A DNA stretch of 64,000 nt from Candidatus Bathyarchaeota archaeon. Its GTDB lineage: Archaea; Thermoproteota; Bathyarchaeia; Bathyarchaeales; Bathycorpusculaceae. Positions 17,960 to 27,193 of the stretch are shown here, piece by piece. Below the pieces are notes generated by a model. That model saw only the letters and a program-made list of their open reading frames with translations, did no database searches and had not been told where the DNA came from. Each line of letters starts with the position of its first letter. Within the stretch, counting starts at the first letter, position 1. A program made the position numbers and the translations under genes. The stretch covers positions 1,728,001 through 1,792,000 of the forward strand of contig OY970280.1 in the NCBI GenBank assembly GCA_963715865.1, read 5' to 3'.

Positions 17960-18622
17960 TTGTTTTATTTTGGAACGATAAGTTTGGTTTTGTTTGCATT
18001 TTTTCTCTTAACAGTAGGTAACTTTTATGGAATTACATTTTATAGTTTTGTGATTGTAACGGGCTTATTTTTGCAAGCTTTTGGTTGGGCTTTTCTTATG
18101 ATAAAAATTCAAAAATACCATCCTTTTGTTAGAGCAAGTGATGAGGAAATCAAAAGAGAAGATGACGTTTTGTTACAAGGTGCGACATTCTCTTCTGCAA
18201 TTCTGTTTTTTTATGTTAACATTTTATTTCCAGTCTCTGTCAAATTAGCTTTTAGTTTAATCATTGTTTTCTTAACTGGTTCCTTCTACTGCTTTAGAGC
18301 TTATGCTAAAATCAAGGATAGCCCTGAGTATAGAGTTATTTCTTCGGCGATTTTTCTGTATTTAGCTGGCACGTATGTTTTTATGCTATTGTTTTTATTT
18401 ATTCCGAATTTTTTCCCGATTATTTTCCACTGGCACCCAGCGATACAAATTCTAATTTTAGAGCTTTTGCTTGCAATTCCGCTTTCTGCGTTTGCAGTAT
18501 CTTTATTGTGTTTTCCAAGACGATATGGATATTTCCCAAGAATACGTTGGATTAGAGGAGGTCACTTTCCAAAGCTAGAAGTAACTAATATCTTTGACGA
18601 AATAAATGCTGACTGCATGTAA
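17960..18622 (+). CDS. Multi-pass membrane hypothetical protein (AT-rich gene)
   Basis: 220-aa ORF with about 6 hydrophobic segments. Confidence 0.65.
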   Translation: MFYFGTISLVLFAFFLLTVGNFYGITFYSFVIVTGLFLQAFGWAFLMIKIQKYHPFVRASDEEIKREDDVLLQGATFSSAILFFYVNILFPVSVKLAFSLIIVFLTGSFYCFRAYAKIKDSPEYRVISSAIFLYLAGTYVFMLLFLFIPNFFPIIFHWHPAIQILILELLLAIPLSAFAVSLLCFPRRYGYFPRIRWIRGGHFPKLEVTNIFDEINADCM

Positions 18623-18709
18623 GTTACTTCAAACGACTTTCAAGTCATGGCAAAAACTTAAAACTGGAAAGCGTAGACATAGCGTAAAACAACCAAAAAA
18701 ATCGAGTTT

Positions 18710-18760
18710 GCGATTTAATAGTTAAAATTACAAACTCTCTAAAACTAAGCGATTTAATAG
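18710..18760 (+). repeat. 12-bp direct repeat GCGATTTAATAG x2
   Basis: Exact copies at 18710-18721 and 18749-18760, upstream of 18816. Confidence 0.7.
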
Positions 18761-18815
18761 GTTATTCTATATATAATGGTTGTTATAGTCTCTTGGAAGC
18801 ATAATTACCGTTAAT

Positions 18816-19262
18816 TTGGGGGAGAATAGGTTGGATGAAGTATTAGACATGTTAGATAAAACTGCAAAGCGAATACAGAAAGTTGTTGACGAAACAAAAG
18901 AAGCAACTTGGAAACAATCAGCCCTATACGAGCAAACCATGCAATCACCCGAAGCTTCTCAAGAGCAAAAAATCAAGGCGTTTATCAAGAAAACCCGTTA
19001 TTTAGACCAACTTGAAGCCTTAAACTCCCAGCTTAGTTTACTATATACTCTTCAGATATTTGCGTTTAAAGTTAAAGTGCTTGAGGTAACAGTTGGAAAC
19101 ATCAACGAACAACTTGCAAAGTCTGGGGTTCTCCTCAAAACGGCAGAATTAGAGAGCATAAAGACGAATATTGATTCGCTCAAAATCTTAATTGAAGCGC
19201 AGTATGAATCCATGAAGGAAATCCGAGAGAGCCAAAACAAAACCTTAGACTACATTCATTAG
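18816..19262 (+). CDS. Conserved-looking coiled-coil hypothetical protein
   Basis: 148-aa helical ORF with heptad character. Confidence 0.75.
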   Translation: MGENRLDEVLDMLDKTAKRIQKVVDETKEATWKQSALYEQTMQSPEASQEQKIKAFIKKTRYLDQLEALNSQLSLLYTLQIFAFKVKVLEVTVGNINEQLAKSGVLLKTAELESIKTNIDSLKILIEAQYESMKEIRESQNKTLDYIH

Positions 19263-19347
19263 AATGGTTAAATAAAAAGGGCAGCCTGGTGGTTTTCACC
19301 ACTCATCAGGTTGTACTGCCTGCGATGTATCAGTTTTTTCTGAAGGC

Positions 19348-20271
19348 TTATTCTACGAGTTTTTCCCAGCTTGTAACGAAGTCAAGAACTTCTTGACCTT
19401 GCTTGCCGCCATAGCTCTTTAAGCGTTCTCGAACGTCAACCTGAGCAATTGCAGCTTTCTGGAAATCCTGCATCTGTTTAGCTTTGTCGGTTAAGTAAAG
19501 AATTCCGTCTACGCCTGCTCTTGCCATACGGACTGATAATGTTAAGAGTTCACTTGTGGTTGGCGTTTCTCTCGGGTCATCGCCTGGACCGATAACGTAT
19601 AATGCAATGTTGAGAGGTACGTCTTTGAAGAGTTTCTTGAAGTTACGGGTAAGCATTTCCCAATACCACGGTGTAGCGTAGTTTTTACTAAACATGACGA
19701 CGAGAAATTCGTCAGTTAACGGTGCCAAATCATCAAAATCGACGCCGAAGCGTTCATAGTTTGTAACTGGGTCTGGGAGAACGCCGATGACAAACTTTTT
19801 CTTCGCTCGGTCGCGTACTCGCTCGCTTACTTGCGCCATGTAGTCGGTGATTTCTTTTCTGCGCCATTCATACCAGCTTAAGCCACTTTTCGCGTGGAGT
19901 TCTTTGCAGCGCGGGCAAATGCAGTGACCGTGTTCTGCGAAGTGGATACTGTTTAGCCATATTCCCGGGCTCTTTCTTGCAACGTCTTCGATGTAATCTA
20001 ATTGTTCTGCACGGTGCTCTGGTTGGGTTGCACAGAGAACGTCCCATCGGACGTTAAAGTTGTCGTTTGTTCTCCATGCAGGACCTAGGTCTGACTGCGA
20101 AATCCAGTCTGGATGATTACGGGCAGTAACGTTGTCTCCGAAAATCGCAATGTTGCTGTACATTTCAGGGTGCGGTGGCATTCGTCTGCCTACTTCTGGT
20201 TTAACTCGGAAAAGGTCAAAGTCAAAGCCTGGAACTTTCTTTGCTTCAAACATGTATGTGCCGAATTTCAA
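19348..20271 (-). CDS. Putative glycoside-hydrolase-like TIM-barrel protein with CxCxxC motif
   Basis: LCAT.PE.R...LDYIED...GIWLNSIHF..HGHCICPRC...WR...IT. Start reassigned to the TTG at 20271, which has an upstream AGGT. Confidence 0.6.
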   Translation of the reverse strand: MKFGTYMFEAKKVPGFDFDLFRVKPEVGRRMPPHPEMYSNIAIFGDNVTARNHPDWISQSDLGPAWRTNDNFNVRWDVLCATQPEHRAEQLDYIEDVARKSPGIWLNSIHFAEHGHCICPRCKELHAKSGLSWYEWRRKEITDYMAQVSERVRDRAKKKFVIGVLPDPVTNYERFGVDFDDLAPLTDEFLVVMFSKNYATPWYWEMLTRNFKKLFKDVPLNIALYVIGPGDDPRETPTTSELLTLSVRMARAGVDGILYLTDKAKQMQDFQKAAIAQVDVRERLKSYGGKQGQEVLDFVTSWEKLVE

Positions 20272-20480
20272 TTTGCTTCTACCTTTTTGAATCCAAGACG
20301 TTTGGCGCTGTAATAAAGTTTTGCATAATAGGCACAAAATTGGTTTCAAAAAATAAATACCTGTTTGGCGATTGCTCCGATGGCACAATACATGCTTACG
20401 CATAGTTATTAAGCATTAAACTATGGATTAGTCGTTTATTTAGAGAGTATTAAGCTAATTAGTTTAATCCTAATTAATAC

Positions 20481-20538
20481 TTACTACGTACATGCTAAGG
20501 CTATGATGTACGTAGTAACCTCAGAATGTACGTAGTAA
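20481..20538. promoter_or_regulatory. Three copies of a 13-mer (TTACTACGTACAT inverted, then ATGTACGTAGTAA x2)
   Basis: Exact copies at 20481-20493, 20506-20518 and 20526-20538 in a divergent intergenic region. Confidence 0.7.
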
Positions 20539-20783
20539 TAGAAATTTTATTTACCTAAACTTGGTGATTTAACAACAAAAAAAGAAAATGGAAGATAGTT
20601 CTATTGCTTCTTTAACTGTCCGTTTGTCATAGTGATTCTACAAGAAGAACCACATAGCCATCATGAACCTTGGGTACTATGACTTCGATGCCCAGAACAT
20701 CATGTCTTTCCTTGCGTTGCGGGAAGGTTTAAATAGAGATTATCAAGTTTGCATATCTTTATTGTAGAGTATTTGGAGTTGTT

Positions 20784-21209
20784 TTGATGAATGTAAAGCA
20801 AATTGTAAGAGCGGAACCTGTTTTTGTGGAAGTAGCTAAAACCAGTGAAGTCGAGAAAGGCAAAATGAAAAGTGTAGAAGTAAATGGAATTGACATCTTA
20901 ATAGCAAATGTAGATGAGCATTTCTACGCTTTAGATGATAGATGTGGACACATGAATGCTTTGCTTTCGATGGGAACGTTGCAAGGAAAGATTGTGACCT
21001 GTCCGTTTCATTACGCTCAATTTGACGTTACCACCGGACAGAAAACTAAAGATCCTGTGCAGGAGTCATTTAAGGGCATGGATAAACTGCCTGAAGATAT
21101 GCAGAAATTCTTGGTTTACGCGGAGAAGTTGGTGGATCCCGTTAAATCTTTTGACCTGCAAACGCATGAAGTAAAAGTGGAAGGAGACAAAATATTCATC
21201 AGAATTTAG
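20784..21209 (+). CDS. Rieske [2Fe-2S] ferredoxin
   Basis: CxH (RCGHM) and CxxH (TCPFH..QFDV.TG). Confidence 0.92.
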   Translation: MMNVKQIVRAEPVFVEVAKTSEVEKGKMKSVEVNGIDILIANVDEHFYALDDRCGHMNALLSMGTLQGKIVTCPFHYAQFDVTTGQKTKDPVQESFKGMDKLPEDMQKFLVYAEKLVDPVKSFDLQTHEVKVEGDKIFIRI

Positions 21210-21524
21210 AGAACGGTTTGTGAACATCAGCCAAAAAAGGAAGATGCTCGCTAACTCTCCTATTATGTTAAAATGCTTTAAGCCTTGCTTTCATACTGTG
21301 TCTTAAGCTCCTTTTAGTTATTTCATACTAAAAAGTATGATTAACCATAGTTTTCTTGTTATTAACCGCTGTTTTCTATGTAAGCCAAAGCTTACCATGA
21401 CATAAACAGTAAAAAAGGAAAACAGGAGTCCACTAAATTCTAGCGATTGCCTACGCAATCTTTTTAGGGCAAAGTCCCTTTTAATCGCAAGTCTGCAAGT
21501 ATACAGAATTAAAATTGGATTCAG

Positions 21525-24155
21525 GTGCTGCCAATGAGCCAGTGGCATTCGCGAGAAACACAAGAACTAATTCGTTTATCAGGCGTGAATCCTGAAAAAG
21601 GCTTAACAGACCAAGAGGTAGCACAGCGCCTAAGTAAGTACGGAAAAAACACTCTTGTAGAGCAAAGGGAAATCCGCTTCTTAGGCATTTTAAAAGAAGA
21701 AGTAACTGAACCCATGATTCTGCTGCTAATCGCTGTAGGAGTACTCTACAGCTTTTTAGGCAGCTTAAGCGACGCCTTAACAATAATCGTAATAATAATA
21801 GTCCTTGTCTTAGCCGAAGTCTGGAATGAATATAGAGCCAAACGCTCAATCGCTTCCCTAAGGCAACTGGCACCACCAACCACACTAGTACTTAGAGATG
21901 GGCAACCGAAAGAAGTTGAAACAGCTTTTCTTGTTCCAGGCGATATTTTACTTTTTAAAACGGGTCAAAGAGTCTCAGCAGATGCTAGATTACTTGAAGC
22001 CTTCGGATTAGAAGCTGATGAATCCTCGCTGACTGGCGAATCATTTCCAGTCTCAAAAGATGCCACTGCAGTGTTGGCGAGCGAAACCAGAATCACAGAT
22101 CAAATAAACATGCTTTTCGCCGGAACAATAATTACCAGAGGAAGAGCCAAAGCTCTAGTAACTGCAACTGGAATAAACACGGAGCTTGGAAGAGTTGCAG
22201 GCATAACTAAAGCGGCAAAGGAGCCAAAAACAACCCTTCAACTGGCTATGAAGCAGCTTTCTAAAACGCTAGTGTGGATTGCGCTTTTCTTTAGCATTCT
22301 TATTCCAGTTTTAAGTTACATCAGAGGTTTACAGCCTAATCCGGGAGAAGCAGTACTTTACGGGTTGTCGTTGGCTTTTGTTGTTATCCCTGAGGAACTG
22401 CCCATCATTATCACCATGGTTCTAGGCGTTGGCGGTTACGCATTATCCAAGAAAGGCGCTATAGTGAAACGTTTACGAGCAGCAGAAGCCCTTGGAAACG
22501 TAACAGTAATAGCCACAGATAAAACCGGCACCATAACAGAAAATAAAATGCGACTAGAACAACTCTACTTCGACGGCGCAATTCATAGAGCCCAAGATTT
22601 CAAAGAAAATGAGAAAGCAGCATTAAAAACCGCGCTTTTAGCCAGCGACGCCATCAGAAACATGGCAGGAACCACTGCCTTAAGCAATCCCATGGCTCAG
22701 GCAATCCTGGAACGCATTAAGCAGGATGAAATCGATACCCAAAACATAACGAAAGACTGGGTTCTAAAAGACGAGTTAAGCTTTGATGTTAAACGGAAAC
22801 TCGCTTCGTACGTCTACCAATACGGTAATTCCCTAGTGGTCTTATCCAGTGGCGCACCAGAGAAACTCTTAGCTAACTCTACAAAAATCCTAGTTAAAGG
22901 TGAAGAAACACCGCTCAATGACACCACAAGAAACGAAGTAAATAGAGCCATGGCGCAAATGGCCCAGTCGGGTGAACGCCTATTAGCTTTTGGTTACCAT
23001 AGGTTACAGGCTGATTCAGCGTTTGATGAGCAAAATCTTGAAAGAAACATCGTTTTTGTCGGCATCTTAGGCTTCATTGATCCGCCAAGAAAAGAGGTCA
23101 AGGGAGCCATACGCACATGCCAAGAAGCAGGCATAAAGGTAATGATGATTACTGGTGACCACCCAGAAACCGCTAGAGCCATCGCTTCTCAAGTTGGAAT
23201 AAACAGCGTCAACGTTTTAACTGGCAGTGAAATCTCAAAAATGACTGACGATGACTTGAAGAAAGCATTAAGGAACACATTTGTCTTTGCGCGAGTAACT
23301 CCTGAAGATAAACTGCGGTTAGTACGGCTCTTAAAGGAGAACGGCGAAATCGTAGCTGTCACGGGTGACGGAATAAACGATGCTCCAGCCCTCAAAGAAG
23401 CGCACATTGGCGTTGCAATGGGGATCCGCGGAACCGATGTTGCTAAAGAAACGGCAGATATGATTTTAACTGATGATAATTTTGCTACTATAGAAACTGC
23501 TGTTAAAGAAGGACGGAAGCTTTATAGCAACTTAAGGAAGGGAATTCGTTACTACTTAGCCTGCAAAGTAGCCTTGGTTTCCATTTTCCTTGTCCCAATC
23601 ATACTGGGCATTCCGCTGCCGTTTGCCCCAATACAAATCATAGTGCTGGAATTATTCATGGACTTAGCTGCATCTGCCACTTTCGTCGCTGAACCCGAAG
23701 AATCAGGCATAATGAACAAGCCACCAAACAACCCGAACGAAAAATTCATGAACAAAAACATGCTTACAAGCCTAGCCTTAGGTGCAGTAAGCCTATTCGC
23801 CGCGGTTACAGCAACTTACCTATTCACATGGTACACGAACCCCGCCTCATCGGCTATACAGCATGCGCAGACAGTAGCCTTCGCCACATGGATGCTAGGC
23901 CACATCCTATTAGCCTTAAACCTGCGCTCAGACAAAGAACCACTCTCAAAACGTGGCATCCTATCAAACAAGGTCATGGTGCTTTGGGCTCTAATTGTCA
24001 TAGCCACACTGATACTTGGAACAAACTTGCCGTTCATAGCGAGCTCGCTTAAAATAACAAGCTTAACGCCGACGGACTGGGCAATAGTTGTCATTGTAGC
24101 GTTTGCGGCAACTTTCTGGATGGAACTTAAGAAAATACTTCAGAGAAGCACCTAA
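21525..24155 (+). CDS. P-type cation-transporting ATPase (type II, Ca2+-like)
   Basis: LTGES, PEEL, DKTGT, MITGDH, TGDGINDAPALK. Confidence 0.96.
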   Translation: MLPMSQWHSRETQELIRLSGVNPEKGLTDQEVAQRLSKYGKNTLVEQREIRFLGILKEEVTEPMILLLIAVGVLYSFLGSLSDALTIIVIIIVLVLAEVWNEYRAKRSIASLRQLAPPTTLVLRDGQPKEVETAFLVPGDILLFKTGQRVSADARLLEAFGLEADESSLTGESFPVSKDATAVLASETRITDQINMLFAGTIITRGRAKALVTATGINTELGRVAGITKAAKEPKTTLQLAMKQLSKTLVWIALFFSILIPVLSYIRGLQPNPGEAVLYGLSLAFVVIPEELPIIITMVLGVGGYALSKKGAIVKRLRAAEALGNVTVIATDKTGTITENKMRLEQLYFDGAIHRAQDFKENEKAALKTALLASDAIRNMAGTTALSNPMAQAILERIKQDEIDTQNITKDWVLKDELSFDVKRKLASYVYQYGNSLVVLSSGAPEKLLANSTKILVKGEETPLNDTTRNEVNRAMAQMAQSGERLLAFGYHRLQADSAFDEQNLERNIVFVGILGFIDPPRKEVKGAIRTCQEAGIKVMMITGDHPETARAIASQVGINSVNVLTGSEISKMTDDDLKKALRNTFVFARVTPEDKLRLVRLLKENGEIVAVTGDGINDAPALKEAHIGVAMGIRGTDVAKETADMILTDDNFATIETAVKEGRKLYSNLRKGIRYYLACKVALVSIFLVPIILGIPLPFAPIQIIVLELFMDLAASATFVAEPEESGIMNKPPNNPNEKFMNKNMLTSLALGAVSLFAAVTATYLFTWYTNPASSAIQHAQTVAFATWMLGHILLALNLRSDKEPLSKRGILSNKVMVLWALIVIATLILGTNLPFIASSLKITSLTPTDWAIVVIVAFAATFWMELKKILQRST

Positions 24156-24181
24156 CTTTTAAATCAAAACATTTCTATACA

Positions 24182-24616
24182 ATGCCATTAAGGGAGAGAC
24201 GAGGGTTGCCGATAAAGTATTTTGAAGCTCCAGAAATCAAAAAGCAAGTAGACCAGTTAGCAGAAGAATGCGAGTTCTACCATGTTGTGCCACAATTCGT
24301 TTTTTGCGTCAGAAGCAAAGGCTCCAAGGCTAGGCGTACAATCGCGCGAATTCACGGTTTAGGCAAGATTTGGCAAGGAGTTTTGAACCTGCCGCCTTCC
24401 TACATTATTGAGGTTATTTCTGAGATTTTTGATAAAATGTCAGATGAAGACAAAGAGAGAACTTTGATTCATGAACTAATGCATATTCCAGGCGGTTTCT
24501 CCGGAGGTTTCCGCCCGCATAAGGGTTATGTTGAGAGAAAAAATGTTGAGATAGTTTATAAGAAACTGCAGAGTGATAGGGCTTTGAAAAAGCAAAAAAC
24601 GCTTTTTTTCCAGTAA
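24182..24616 (+). CDS. Putative zinc metallopeptidase (HEXXH)
   Basis: TLIHELMHIP and RTIARIHGL motifs of an archaeal/phage metallopeptidase family. Confidence 0.8.
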   Translation: MPLRERRGLPIKYFEAPEIKKQVDQLAEECEFYHVVPQFVFCVRSKGSKARRTIARIHGLGKIWQGVLNLPPSYIIEVISEIFDKMSDEDKERTLIHELMHIPGGFSGGFRPHKGYVERKNVEIVYKKLQSDRALKKQKTLFFQ

Positions 24617-24772
24617 TTTGAATGGATTATTGGTGAATGTTTTTAAGTCGCGGAAAAGAGGTAATAGAAAGTTACAGCCTTAAGCGAAAAATAAAAAGCC
24701 ATGTATCGCAAATATCTTGGCAAAGTATAAATCTGTGAAGAGTGCCTTGCCAAGAAGTTTGAGGTCTAGCTA

Positions 24773-25099
24773 ATGAAACATGTTATGAAAAGTTTAAAAC
24801 ATAATGGCATATTCGTTCCGTATTACGATTATAAAGGCTTCAGCATCAAAATTAACGGTCAAACAATAAAGCTGACGCCTAAAAGTGAACAGATGGCGGT
24901 TGCGTGGATAAGAAAAACCTTGTCAACCATTTCTCCGCCAGATAGCGTTTTTAAGAGGAATTTCATGCGGGAATTCCTTGGGCAGTTGAAAAAGGAGAAC
25001 TCTTCGGCAGGTTTCTTGGATGGTTTTTCTTCAAAATACCTAACTAGCATCGATAATCCTTCAGCAATCTTAAACAATGGTAACCAGCCGTTGGAATAG
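24773..25099 (+). CDS. DNA topoisomerase IB, N-terminal part (frame broken at about 25090)
   Basis: SLKHNGI...KLTPKSEQMAVAW...VFKRNF..EF matches the TopIB N-terminal core. Confidence 0.8.
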   Translation: MKHVMKSLKHNGIFVPYYDYKGFSIKINGQTIKLTPKSEQMAVAWIRKTLSTISPPDSVFKRNFMREFLGQLKKENSSAGFLDGFSSKYLTSIDNPSAILNNGNQPLE

Positions 25100-26426
25100 C
25101 GAAATCGACTTTTCAGAAGTTACCAGTTATATTGAACAGGAAAAACAAAAGAAGCTAAACATAAGCAAAGAAGAGAAGAAACAGCAAGCTGAACAACGCA
25201 AAGCTAAACGTTTAGAATTCAAAGAAAAATACGGTTATGCCGAAGTTGACGGAGAAAAACTGGAAATCGCCAACTGGACTTCGGAGCCATCATGCCTTTT
25301 CGCTGGACGCGGTGACCATCCGCAGCGTGGAAAATGGAAGGACGGCCCAAACGAAGGAGACATAATCCTAAACCTTCCGCCTGACGCACCTGTTCCGCCG
25401 GGACGCTGGAAAGGAGTAGTTTGGGAACCCGACAAGATGTACGTGGCTAAATGGGAAGACAAACTAACAGGCAAAATCAAGTACGTCTGGTTCTCTGATA
25501 CAGCGTTCCTCAAGCAGAATCGAGAGAAAGAAAAATTCCAGAAAGCCGAAACCTTAGGCAAACAAATCAAAACAATTGAACAGCACATACTCAAAAATCT
25601 TAACGATAAAGATGATGCAAGGCGCAAGGTTGCAACTGTGTCGTGGCTTATTTTGGTGCCTAACATGAGGGTGGGCGACGAAAAGGACCCAGATGAAGCC
25701 GACACAGTGGGCGCCATAACGCTCAGGGCAGAGCACATCAAAATAGAAGGCGACACCATACACTTCGACTTCCTCGGCAAAGACAGCGTCAGATGGATAA
25801 AAAACGTTAAAGCACCGCCAGAAGTTATCCGAAACATCCAACACTACATACAAACAAGCAAAGAATACCTCTTCGAAGGCGTCGACTCCAAGAAGGTTTC
25901 CCGTTTCCTCTCTGAAAAAATGCCAAAGTTAACCGCTAAAGTCTTCCGCACTTGGAGATGCACAAAAACAGTCAAAGAAGAACTCGATAAAAGCGGAGTA
26001 GCAAAGGACGACCCAGATTACCGCAAGAATTTCGCTGCAAAAATGGCTAATTATAAAGTGGCAGAAGTGGCAAACCACAAAAGGAAGATTCCGCCAACCT
26101 TTGACCAGCGCTTAGCTAAAAAAGAAGACAACCTCAAAGCGCTTGAGGCGCAGCTCGAAGCAAAAAAAGCCGCAGGCAAAAAAACCGAATCACTTGAGAC
26201 AAGAATAGAAAAAGCCAAACTGGACATTGAATTGACAAAGCTAACCAAAGAATACAACTTGGGCACATCGCTGAAATCATACATTGACCCAACAGCTTAC
26301 GTGAAATGGGCAAAAAAAGTCAAGTTCGACATAGAAAAATTCTACCCCAAAACATTAAGGAACAAGTTCAGTTGGGCACTGCAGAGCAGCAAAGCATCGC
26401 AAGCAGCCGAGTGCATAACCGCATGA
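25077..26426 (+). CDS. DNA topoisomerase IB, core and catalytic part
   Basis: EP..LF.GRG.HP.RGKWK, MRVGDEKD..EADTVG, FDFLGKDS, KVFRT, NHKR, and GTSLKSYIDP with the catalytic Tyr. Confidence 0.93.
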   Translation: MVTSRWNSEIDFSEVTSYIEQEKQKKLNISKEEKKQQAEQRKAKRLEFKEKYGYAEVDGEKLEIANWTSEPSCLFAGRGDHPQRGKWKDGPNEGDIILNLPPDAPVPPGRWKGVVWEPDKMYVAKWEDKLTGKIKYVWFSDTAFLKQNREKEKFQKAETLGKQIKTIEQHILKNLNDKDDARRKVATVSWLILVPNMRVGDEKDPDEADTVGAITLRAEHIKIEGDTIHFDFLGKDSVRWIKNVKAPPEVIRNIQHYIQTSKEYLFEGVDSKKVSRFLSEKMPKLTAKVFRTWRCTKTVKEELDKSGVAKDDPDYRKNFAAKMANYKVAEVANHKRKIPPTFDQRLAKKEDNLKALEAQLEAKKAAGKKTESLETRIEKAKLDIELTKLTKEYNLGTSLKSYIDPTAYVKWAKKVKFDIEKFYPKTLRNKFSWALQSSKASQAAECITA

Positions 26427-26698
26427 AAATCAACGAAACCAAAGACGGCGTAATCATCACAATTTATGTAAAACCAAACGCGCCTAAATTCCGCATAGAA
26501 CTTGATGGCGACGAAATTGTTGTTCACTGCACTGAGGAACCAGTTAAAGGCAAAGTTAACAAGGAAATAATAAAAGAATTTTCAAAGCTCTTGCATGCTA
26601 AGGTTGAGCTTGCCTCTGGCGCCACCTCAAGGCAGAAACAACTGTTTGTGCAGGGCATTGGGAAAAGCCAAGTAGAAGAGCTTTTGCAGACAAATTGA
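26423..26698 (+). CDS. DUF167/YggU family protein
   Basis: IYVKPNA...EEPVKGKVNKEIIK..SK...SG.TSRQK. Start reassigned to the ATG overlapping the TopIB stop (ATGA). Confidence 0.88.
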   Translation: MKINETKDGVIITIYVKPNAPKFRIELDGDEIVVHCTEEPVKGKVNKEIIKEFSKLLHAKVELASGATSRQKQLFVQGIGKSQVEELLQTN

Positions 26699-27032
26699 TT
26701 GCAAGTGAGTATTGATATATCAGAAACCGAAATATCCCTTTTAAGCCAAAAAAGCGCTTAAGAGGAATGGAAAGGATTGTAATTTAAGGGAGAGGGGCAA
26801 ACCCCCTTCACCTTACCCCTAAAGCTACCCGTCTGCACTTCTCAACATCAATTCATTCACAAAATTGTGGCAAGATTGGTTTCCTGATGGGTACAAAAAC
26901 TGTTTAACGTTCTTCACCGGCATAAGTCGAACCTTTAACCATACGCTCTCTGAGGAGATGCAAGTCTTAACAAGCAAGCTAGTTAATGCGTCAGTCTACA
27001 TTGAGCACTAAACTCAACCATAGAGTCACCAT

Positions 27033-27103
27033 GCTGAGGTGGCCGAATTGTTCAGCGACAGCCTGCAAAGCTGGGTATATGGGTTCAATTCCCGTCCCCA
27101 GTT
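27033..27103 (+). tRNA. Degenerate tRNA-Cys(GCA) (probable pseudo-tRNA)
   Basis: Cloverleaf GCTGAGG/CCCCAGT+U73, anticodon loop CTGCAAA, T arm ATGGG-TTCAATT-CCCGT. Mismatches in the acceptor (A-C), D (C-A) and anticodon (A-G) stems, and no D-loop GG. Confidence 0.7.
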
Positions 27104-27193
27104 CTTAAGAGGAGCTATACTCTGAAACCCATAAGAACAGGTCCAAGCGAACAAACCCGTCATTTATTATAAGTAATCTACTCCAGTAAAATG

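Noticed and set aside
26786-26814. GGGG-CAAA-CCCC hairpin as an IS200/IS605 end
   Set aside because: No transposase, no partner end, and the flanking frames gave no recognisable protein. It could be a terminator-like structure.
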